Positions 21,731 through 32,097 of a stretch of 64,000 nt of DNA are shown here, piece by piece. The notes beneath the pieces are model-generated. The model made no database searches, was not told the DNA's origin, and saw nothing but the letters and a program-made list of their open reading frames with translations. Position 1 is the stretch's first letter, and every line of letters starts with the position of its first letter. The position numbers and the translations under genes were made by a program. Origin of the DNA: Adineta vaga. Lineage: Eukaryota; Animalia; Rotifera. The stretch lies in contig CP075497.1 of NCBI GenBank assembly GCA_021613535.1, positions 12,214,001 through 12,278,000 on the forward strand, in the 5' to 3' direction.

Positions 21731-24684
21731 ATGAAACCACGAACAATGAAACCAAAACTTCAAAATAAAAAGTAAGTGAAAATAAAACTTTTGAATTTTT
21801 TTCTTTCGAAGATAATATTTTAGACCAAAAACAAATGGCGTTTCAGCAACGGAACAACATAAAAAAGATTTGGCTGATTTAGCAACAGTTGATCCGGAAT
21901 TTTTCAAGTTTTTAAGAAAAGAAGATGCAGGTTTACTCGATTTTAATATGGATGATGATGCAGAATCCATTCCAGATGATGATCCTGAACAACAGGTTCA
22001 TCAATTACCTGAACAACTTGAAGAAATGGATCCTTTTTCTGATGAAGTCAGTTAATCAATTTCTTCGTTTTCAATAAAATCATTCATGAATCTTTTCTAG
22101 GAAGGTGAAGATGGTGAACGTCTAAGTAAAGAAGAACAGGCACAAGTAACAACTGAAATGATTGAAAAATGGGCCAATCAACTTCAAGTAGAATAATATT
22201 TTCTTAACGAATCTGAAATATGTATTGAGAATTTTTAGAAAACTCAACCAACATTAAATACAATTCGTCATGTTATACGTGCTTTTGGTTTAGCTGTTCA
22301 ATCTGCTTATGGTGGTGCAGATGTATTAGCTGATGCAAATGGCAAGAAAAAGAAAAAGAAACAAATAAAAACTGGTGCAATCGATGATCCTGAATGTATG
22401 CATATTTATCTATTCCATTGAAATTCTTTTCTTAACAATCTTTTTCTTTTAGCATTCAATGCAATTGTTCGAGTGTGTTTGAAACAATTACTTCCAGCTA
22501 TTTATCGATTTCTTCGTATAAAACTTGTAACAACAAGTAAATTAAAACCAGAATCAAGTACAAATTGGAAATATTTAGAAAATGTTATGAAAAAATATCT
22601 ACTTAATTTTACTCGAGTTGGTTTTTGTTTATTAATACAAATGATTTTCCATTTTCTTCATTTTATTTTAGCTTATATCGATGATTAATGTTCCAAGTAC
22701 ATTGAATATTCTTCTTCGACATGTTCGATCATTGATTCCATTTGTTATTGTTTTATCAAATACACGTCAAGCACTAGTTAAAGTAAGTTAATGAATAATT
22801 CTTTTGTTTTTATGATAAAACTGATTTGATTTTCATAGGAATTAATTCATATTTGGTCAACATCAACAGATGAACGTAGTCGTGTCATAGCATTTGTTTG
22901 TCTATTTCATGTAATTCGTGAACATCGAAAAGAAATGATGGGCGTTGTTTTACGAGTAAATTTATTTCTAATTTTACATTTAAATTTTGAATATTTTCTT
23001 AAAAAATAGAAAATGTACTTGGATTATTTGAAAAATTGCAAATTTACATCACCAACAACACTTCCATTGATTAATTTTATGCAACGATCATTAGTTGAAC
23101 TCTATTCAATGGATTCTACGGTGACTTATCAACATGGTTTTGTGTTTCTTCGACAACTTGCTGTTCATCTTCGTACAGCTATTCAAACTAAAAAATCAGT
23201 AATTCACATCATGTTTTATTTACAATATCATTCATGACGACCTTCTTTTTTTTTTCTTGTAGGAAAATATTCAAAATGTTTATAATTGGCAATTTATTCA
23301 TGGATTAAGTTTATGGACAAATGTGATTAGTGTCTTATATAATAAAAAAGAAAAATTAATTCAACAACTTGTTCATCCATTAACTGAACTTATTATTGGA
23401 ACAATTAGGTAGAAGATATTTTTTATTCGAATATTCATTCAGTAGAAGATTTATTTTTTAGATTAATACCAACAGCTCGTTATTATCCACTTCGATTTCA
23501 TTGTATTCGTTTATTGATTAAAATAACTGAGATAACATCTGTATTTGTTCCTGTTTTACCATTCCTACTTGAAATGTTTGATATAACTGATTTCAATAAA
23601 CGTCATAAGACAGCTACTCTCAAAGCACAATATATCAATTTCGATACATCATTAAAATTGACCAAATTACAAATGGATGATCGTGCATACAAAGTATTTC
23701 TTATTTACGAAATCATTTTCATATAAGAAGATTGAATTCTATATTCATATTTAGGACGGTTTAATGGATCAATTCTATGAGTTAGTAATGCTTTATCTTG
23801 TTCATTATGCTCATCACGTTACATTTCCTGAACTTGTTTATCCATTGATACTTAAATGTAAAAAGTTCATTAAAGTATGCAAAGTACAAAATTTTGTTAA
23901 AGTTGTTCGTGGTTTGTTGGAAAAAGTACAAGAAAATGTTAATTTAATTGAAGAACGAAGACAAAAGACAGGTCTCAATGTTAAAGATGCGAAGCAAATG
24001 GTAAGAGAGAAACACCAAATCTTTCATTCTAAAATGTACTTTTATTAAATTAAATAGGAAAATTGGCTTGAACAAAGTCGTCAGAAATCAACATCAAGTC
24101 CACTTCTTGTTCATTTTCAACGATATAAATCAATGCGACAACGTGAAGTATTGGAAGATATTGCTCAAAAAGAAAAGGTTTGTTCTTCAATTAGACTACT
24201 AAAACTTTTTCATTCTATATAAATATTTTCCTTTTGATATAGATTTCTACATATGGTCGATCATCATTACCGGATTTGATTCGACCTGAACATCAAGTAT
24301 CTGCTAAACAAAATTTCGCATCAATGATGGAAAAAGAAATAAGTGATCATGAAGATGAAGAGGAAGAACTGTTTCAAATCAAAGCGAAACGAAAACATGA
24401 TGAGGTCGATGATGAAAATGATGAACAAGAAGAAAATGAAGAAGATGAAGAAGAGGAGGAAGACGATGAGAGCGACGAAGATATATCAACAGGTCCTCCT
24501 GCAAAAAAGTAAGAAGAGATGTTCCTTATTTGAAAATACTCAATCTTATTATTTTAGACGAAAAGCAAAGATGAGCAATGGTAATTCATCAAAACCGAAT
24601 ACCGATGAATTTCTTTCTAGTGTTAAAAAGAAATTTGATCGTAAAAAAGATCGTGTTAAAACATTGTCAGTTGATGATTTTTAA
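21731..24684 (+). CDS. NOC2L: Nucleolar complex protein 2 homolog
   Basis: Multi-exon; HKKDL..L...DPEFFKFL..ED..LLDF, INFMQRSLVELY, YQHGFVFLRQLAVHLR, VYNWQFIH, PTARYYPLRFHC, FPEL, acidic C-terminus. Confidence 0.93.
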
Positions 24685-25845
24685 TTAAAAAAAATTCAAT
24701 AAAAAAATAAAACAAAAGAATTTCAGAATTTATTGTCTGAATGTTAACTTGTTTCAGATATATTCACGAATATTTTTAAAGATACGAAAGAAGAGTGAAA
24801 GATCGAAAGTTTCTGTTTTATTTTCTTAATCTTTCTTATCTAACTTGTCCACATATTGTTCAAATGTTTACATTGATGCGTATTATTGATCATTATACAG
24901 ATGCTGATCGATAAATGCGAAAAGTTGATTCCTCTGAAGCAGAAACAATTGTGCAAAATTAAAAAGAAGACGACAAAAAACAATGACTTGTTTATAAAAA
25001 AAAGATTTCTAACCTATCGAAGTAAAGATGATAATTCATCACCAACTGTTTGTCTGTTTTATATACCATTCAATATGGCATTTGAACATTGAGCAACGTG
25101 TTTAGGTTATATGGGATGTGCAAAAATATTGAAACAATATCGAATGTGTAGTCGGATGATAAATCAAGGGATGTGTTTCGAAATCATTTCATATGAATAT
25201 TCTGATTTAGATGCCAAGTTATGCTATCCATTGGTCTTTCATGTCTTCTGCTTCAAACAATTATCTCATCTATGTATCTAATTTTTTCTTTTCTTTTCAT
25301 AAAATAAATTGTAAAGATTATTTCGTGTTCGATAGATCTCGATGCTTCTAAAATAAAGTTTTACTGTTTCTCTTCAAACTTCACTGTGTGGTTTTGTATT
25401 TCACTATAATTTTCTATAAAATAACTTATTCGCGAAATATATAAATGTAACAAAACATTATTTTTTCATTTGAATTCGTAACAATGCTAGAATATTAAAC
25501 CAGAACTCGTCTGCACTGAATCTTCGATCTGTTTTCATTGTATCATATACTTTCAATCCAAGCTTATCACTAATGATCAGCAAAAGTAAATTATATTTTT
25601 CTATCTAGATTCTTTCGGACTGATATTGAACAGAATGAATATGAACAAACATTTTATTCTGGAAATCATTGAGTTCCCAAAGTAATCGATCGCCAATGAA
25701 AGATGTCGAATAGATGACGCTCGATACTATTTTTTCTTACTTTTTTTTGCTCTGCCATCTTGAGAGTTGTCATATTGCTATGCAGCTGACTTGAATTCTT
25801 TTTTTTCTCTTTTTTTGTTCTTTGACGGTTTTTTTAAATCGAACG

Positions 25846-26761
25846 ATGGGAAATAAACCTGGAGCAAAACTTCAAAATACAGAACTAATTGAACTTCGTC
25901 GACAAACAACATTTACTGATGCAGAAATTCGTATGTAGCCATATAATTTGAGGACAAAAATCAGAAAACTTCTGTGATTTATTTCTATAGAAGAGTGGTA
26001 TAAATCTTTTCATAAAGATTGTCCAAGTGGTGATTTAACTGCTGATGATTTTAAGAAAATTTATGCACAATTTTTTTCATCTGGTGATTCTTCAACTTTC
26101 GCTGAACATGTTTTTCGACGTTTTGATATCAATGGTGATGGGAAAATTTCATTTCGAGAGTTTCTCATTTCATTAAATACAACAGCAAGAGGAAGTTTAG
26201 ATGAAAAGCTTGATTGGGCATTTCGTCTTTATGATAGAAATGGTGATGGTTATATTTCAAGAGATGAAATGTTTGCTATTGTTGATGTAAAGAGAGGAAA
26301 AAAATACTAAGAAAGATTATAAGATAATGTTTATTTGATATTTTAGGCTATTTATAAAATGATTGGTTCTACTATACAAATGCCTGAAGATGAATCAACA
26401 GCTGAAAAAAGAACAAATAAAGTAATTTAATACGAAAGATTTTTTTCATAAGAAATAAATGAAAATATTCTTTTGTGTAGATTTTTAGAACTTATGATAG
26501 TGATCATGATGGAAAATTATCGCGCGATGAATTTATTCGTGGTAGGATTTCTATTTTTCTTTCAAATAAGATGTCCAAATTAATACATGGAAATATTTAG
26601 GTGCCAAATCAGATCCGTCCATAGTCCATTTGTTAGATGGTGGCCGAGTAAATACGCATCCAACAACAACAACAGCACCAGCAGCAGCATCATCATCATC
26701 AATTTCTCTTCATCCATCACAAAACACGCCGTCATCAACAGTGACTCGTCTTCGTACTTGA
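25846..26761 (+). CDS. Neuronal calcium sensor (neurocalcin/hippocalcin/NCS-1 family)
   Basis: Five exons: MGNK (myristoylation), [15 protein letters not shown] hands [39 protein letters not shown]; Ser/Thr-rich tail. Confidence 0.93.
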
Positions 26762-26914
26762 TATGCGCGATGCACTGGAATCTCATTGTCTTCCATCTTT
26801 TTTTTGAGAAATTTCATTCCGTTAGCAGAACTCACGCACGTATACAAACGAAGAATAAAAAACTTTTCTTTTATTGTGAAAATATTTTTAAAAAGGAAAT
26901 AAATATTCATGTGG

Positions 26915-27232
26915 TTAGAGTAAACCTCGTTTTCCAACTAAAGTTATAGTATTTCCAGAGAATATTCCATATCTTGATAATGGACGATTACCTGCAGATG
27001 AATTATGATGATGAAGACGTTGACCACGAAAGTAAACTAATTGTTCATCTAATGGAACACGAAATACTTCTTGCAAAACTTGACCAAGTTCATTACAAGT
27101 TGGATCTTTTTCGGATTTCAATACAATATCTTGTACATCACCACCAAAATGTACTTGTAATTTTGTATATAAATGATTTCCTGACGCTTTCGTTGGAGGT
27201 AAAGCGTTTTTTCGTGGTGTTTGATCGTTCAT
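26915..27232 (-). CDS. Small ubiquitin-like (BAG1-UBL-like) domain protein
   Basis: LQVHFG...TCNELGQVLQEVFRVPLDEQLVYFRGQRL...PLSRYGIFSGNTITLVG fits the beta-grasp pattern; no C-terminal GG. Confidence 0.72.
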   Translation of the reverse strand: MNDQTPRKNALPPTKASGNHLYTKLQVHFGGDVQDIVLKSEKDPTCNELGQVLQEVFRVPLDEQLVYFRGQRLHHHNSSAGNRPLSRYGIFSGNTITLVGKRGLL

Positions 27233-27596
27233 TATAATTGAAAAACTGTTCTAAATATGAGTAGAAATTTTTTTGATCAATAAAATTTTTAGTTTTTTTG
27301 TTTCTACGCGTGTTTTAACAACTTACCACAACAACAATGGGAATTTGACTTGACGACGATATATAAAAAGAAATTCAACGCTCTTTTTCTCTTTCTTTTT
27401 TCTTCTCGTTCTCAATGTGTGTTGTTAACTCGTTGTCATAACAAGAAACTTTCGTTTCATTCATTCTGCATTTATTCTTCAACAACTTCTCTTTTTTGCA
27501 ATTCACACACACATATAAACATTCACAATAACTGAAAAAATAAAGAACTAAATTAATGTTCAAGAAGCGAAGAAAAAGAACCACAGATGATTTCAA

Positions 27597-29060
27597 ATTA
27601 TTAAACAAACTGAAATTAATCTAATCAACTGCTTTTGTTTTATTCAACAATAACAAGATATGGACTACCAGGAACATGTTGCATACTTGAACCATAAAGA
27701 ATAACTAACATATATTGACCACGTGTTCGAACACGATAAAATACTTTATACACAACTCCAGGTGATGATGGTATGATTCGTTTGATAACAAGACGTTCAG
27801 CTGGTCCACGAGATGAATAAAGACCAACTAATAATAAACCGGTACCTAAATAATCTCATAAAAAAGATCGATTCTTAGATTATTTCAAACCTGCTTGACT
27901 TGCATTTACTTGTGTTGTTGATAACAATGTTTGACTTTCATTCAATTTATCCACGAACGAACATTTATCTCGAGTGTTTGTTTTTTTTGTTCGAACTAAT
28001 GAACTACCTTGAATGTGTTTTCCACATTGCATTAGTTTGTAATGAAACTAAACTGAAAAACAGTTGATGGTGCATTGATACCAACAGAAAATGTTCCAGA
28101 TCCTGATGATGGATCATTTGGTGATTTTGATACAAAAAAATTGACTTGATTCACCTAAAGAAATCAGAACGCGTTTTTCTTCTCGTTCTCAAAAATATTT
28201 TGAAAAAAAACGAAACAAAGACCGCTACGAGTAGGATTTGAACTTACGCGGGAAGCTCCCATTAGATTTCTAGTCTAACGCCTTAACCACTCGGCCATCG
28301 CAGCTGTGCTTACCTGTATAAGCACGGAAAAGACCTTGACCTGTAGCTGTAATTGGTTTTAATGATCAGAAGGGTCCTACAGTTAACCGACATGGATTAT
28401 CAATAATTGGTACGTGATTAAGACTGATATTGAGCCAATGATTACCAGATGTATTTGGTATGAAATAAATTTCATAACATTCTAAAATATATGCGTTCCT
28501 TGTAGAAATTTTGTTTTTGACAAAGAAATGACAAACCTAATTTTGCTGATTTATGAACTGTAATTGGTAAGTTGATATTTCCTTGTGGTGCTTGAATATA
28601 AGCTTGAAAGACAGCACATGGTACTTCTGGTCGAACAGTAACTATACATGAAGTATTCACCTAACACATAAAAATAATCATTAATTAATCATAGAAAAAT
28701 AGTAAAATCTAATCAAGATACATGAAATTCAATGGGCTCAATAGTGGCACGAGCTGGATCGAGAGGAAGTGGAACGACTTGTTCTTGTAAAGGTTGAGTA
28801 TGTAAACGTAAATGATAAGGTGAATTACTGATATGATCCCCATCATATGTTAATGAAATATGATAGTTGCCAGGTATTTGACATGTATAAAATACTCGAT
28901 AAATGTCAGTATCAACAACTTCAATTTGAATATCAGCTTTTGATGGACCATCGATTGCAATAACAAGTTTTTGTAATTCAGCATTAGGTGCATTCAAATC
29001 GAAATGACCTACGATATAAAAAAAAAGAAATTAAATTGTTAATCGTTGTTCTGCACTTAT
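27597..29060 (-). pseudogene. Degenerate duplicate of the 3' two thirds of the filamin-repeat gene
   Basis: Matches about 32056-33982 including introns, with internal deletions around 27900-28060, an in-frame TGA (TCA in the intact copy) near 28367 and no 5' exons. Confidence 0.88.
28223..28304 (-). tRNA. tRNA-Ser(AGA), copy in filamin pseudogene intron, with one T-stem mismatch
   Basis: GCTGCGATGGCCGAGTGGTTAAGGCG TTAGA CTAGAAA TCTAA TGGGAGCTTCCCGC GTAAG TTCAAAT CCTAC TCGTAGCG; long variable arm. Confidence 0.88.
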
Positions 29061-29267
29061 GATTGGATTTGAGTAAACTTGTAACTTATACTTCAACATA
29101 GATTATTTATGTATGTACATATTTAAAGGGCTCACTAATAAACAACCACTATACGAACGAATGCATACATATAAGACTAGATAAATTCGCCATTTGAATT
29201 CTTTTGTTTTGTTCAGTGTTTGTTCTATCTAGAGTAGTGTAGAAATCGTTAATTCGAGTATTCGAGT

Positions 29268-29439
29268 TTTCAACTATTCAACTTTTAAACTTATAAATTT
29301 GTGAAAAGTTAAGTAGCGGAGATCGCGCGAAAACTATTCGTTTGTTTGGTCACCCACTACACCCACACCCACACTTCCGCGTTACCCTCCACATCCGCAC
29401 TGGCAGGCAACCTCAAGTTTGAAAGTTGAATAGTTGAAA
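29268..29439. mobile_element. MITE-like foldback: 25 bp inverted repeats around a GC-rich core containing CCCACA repeats
   Basis: TTTCAACTATTCAACTTTTAAACTT (29268-29292) and AAGTTTGAAAGTTGAATAGTTGAAA (29415-29439), one mismatch. Confidence 0.65.
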
Positions 29440-29457
29440 CATCTTTTCGACTCATAC

Positions 29458-29888
29458 ATGTATGATGAAAAAAAGATGAAAATGGTGAACAATTGTTAAT
29501 ATTAATGCAAGATTTGATTAATTCTTCCAACATAACAAAAGCACGCTTAAATGAAGAAAATCAACAAGGTTTACAAACTGAGAAAACGTTAAATACTGCA
29601 CGAAAGACAATAACTGAAATAACAGCTGAACTTTCGAAAGGAAAAGAGCAAGTAACGAAATTGGAAAACAAAATAAATGATATGGAAAACGAGCTCAAGG
29701 AATTAAAACTTAAGATGGAAAAAATTCAATCAAATGGAAATCGAACAAACGACTGGAAATCCGTCCATTGTCTTTACAGTTTAATTCTTCCTTTGCCAAT
29801 CCTAGGTATTCTTTTTTTTCTTACAAAAAAATCAAATAATTTTGTACCTCGGTGTTTAATGGACTTTTTTGTTGGAACATTGATTTGA
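29458..29888 (+). CDS. Coiled-coil protein with C-terminal transmembrane anchor; apparent frameshift in an A7 run near the start
   Basis: ORF 29493-29888 has heptads then CLYSLILPLPILGILFFL-KK; ATG at 29458 joins the frame if one A is added at 29468-29474. Confidence 0.5.
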
Positions 29889-30904
29889 TGAAAAAGTTTT
29901 TTGTTGTATATTTCATTTGTTGGACTTTCTGTTGATACACTTCATCTATCTGGAATAAATAGTAATCAAAAGAGAAGGCTGTTAATGATAAATAGTGCGA
30001 AAATGATTTTCACTTCAAAATTTGATCTCAATCACGTGAATTTAAGAAAAGGAACGATGAAATGGGAAGCGCAGTAGGAAAAGCGAAATAAATATTCGTT
30101 ATTTATGTCACTGATCGAGACAACATTTTCTGTTCATTGTACTTGCATACAGCAATAACATACAATCCTCTTCATAATGGAATTGTTCCACGAAAGAATG
30201 TATGAGAATTATAAATGAGAGCGAGAATCCCCAGACCATCATGTCTTCTAAATACATATCCGAAGTGCATAATCAATATTCTATCATCTTTTAGATATAT
30301 TTGAGGTTGTATAACTCTTTGAATGTCTTTTTAAAAATAATTCATATTGATGAATGAAAAAACAACGAATGCATTCTATCAATAATGATATTCATGCAAA
30401 TATCAATTAGTGATATGAATAAGAAGCAATTGATATTTGCTTTCATTACGCGATCTCCACCATATAATCTCATCTTAACCTCTTATGCTTGCTAGTTTGA
30501 TCAGTCGCATTGGTTGTTTACGAAGAAATAAATTTATCTTCTCATAAAATACTTTCCATTGAGTTATTTACACCGATACTATCACACGGAAACTCGATTA
30601 TCATGATGCAACAAAGTATCACATATAATTCGAACAGTCTTTTCAGTAGATAATACCTACTTATGTATTTAGTATTACTTTAGCCTTTTTTAGAATCATT
30701 TGTGTGTTAGTATTCTCCATTAATCGATAAATATACATCAGAATGAAAATACAATATGGTCTCGCTATGGATAATGTATCAATGACTCTTCTATTTATTA
30801 TCATAGTTTTGTATTTTCAAAAATGTTTGAAATCTCGCAGTTGTGCTTGAATGATATAAAGTTATGACCATGCATTTTCTACCATTCTTTGTATATACAC
30901 TCTT

Positions 30905-31330
30905 TATTCGACAGATCTTTCGTGTTGGTTATGCATCAAATCCGAATATTGTGCTAGCCGATGAGCAGATAATGGAAGAGCTGAAAAGTAAGTGCTTATT
31001 CATTTGCCATTGAATATTCATGTGTTTCCTTTGTAGATGTAATGCAGAAACGAGATAAAAACCTTGAAAGATGACGAATAAGTATTAAGTGATGCATGAC
31101 AGATTGTAAAGGCATCATTGAAACAATTCAAACATTTTGCCAAAAGAAATACAATCTCTAAAGCAATTCGAACATTCAGTAATTGTAAACACATTAACGA
31201 AGTATCTTCGTTAAAAGAGACAGATGATAATTCAGTTGATATCACTGGAAACTAAGTATCGTTATTTTTCCATGAAAGTCATTGCAAAACGTTAGTTTGA
31301 AAGTCAGATGTAGTATCAAGCGTCGATGAC
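30905..31330 (+). pseudogene. Decayed spliced gene fragment, family unknown
   Basis: RQIFRVGYASNPNIVLADEQIMEELK, then a GTAAGT..TAG intron, then a coding-like continuation with several stops. Confidence 0.3.
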
Positions 31331-31910
31331 CAAATGATATTCAAAAACACTTTTACTTTTCTCTAATTTTTCCTCAACTTACAAAGTACAGAACATTTTT
31401 ATATGTAATTTCCTTCTGTTTCATCGATTTGAAATCGAATGGTTCAGGAAAAGAAAGAATTTCTTTTGATTTGTTCGATCAATATAAGATGGAGATATAA
31501 TGGAAAAAATCATCGTTCCCTTTTTCTTTCCCATCATCCGATGTAGACAATTAACATTCAACTCTTATGATTGTAATAGGTACATTCGATCAATTTGCTA
31601 TGCAAGCAGTAGAAGAACATTTAGAGTTGAATGCTTTCTTTTATACTAATATTATACACTTCATCACATAAATTAGAACATGTAAATTCATGAATTCTTA
31701 CGTTTTTCTACCGACATTAATTGACTGCTTATTGTATCAATGACTTGATAGAATAATTGGATAAAGAACAAGCATTAGTATTCATGAAATCTGTGAACGT
31801 CTGTAGAGAAAATAATAATTGCTTTCTTTTCTCTTCCGTGTTATTAACCTGTCGTTATCAGAAGAGTTTACTTCTTTCATTCTATATTTATTCTTTGATA
31901 ACTCTTTTGT

Positions 31911-31915
<5 letters not shown>

Positions 31916-31942
<27 letters not shown>
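31916..31942. repeat. (CA)n microsatellite
   Basis: Direct reading. Confidence 0.9.
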
Positions 31943-31948
<6 letters not shown>

Positions 31949-32097
31949 CAAATATATACTGTCACAATAGTCGAAAGAATAAAGAACTAAACAAACGTTC
32001 AACATATGAAAACGAAGAAAACAATATCAATGTGAGAATCACAGAAGATATCACATTATTAAACAAACTGAAATTAATCTAATCAACTGCTTTTGTT

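Noticed and set aside
14528-28370. Alternative genetic code or general stop readthrough suggested by several in-frame TGA/TAG codons
   Set aside because: Intact genes here end in TGA, TAG and TAA, and the internal stops replace different residues (L, W, R, S), as expected for independent nonsense mutations
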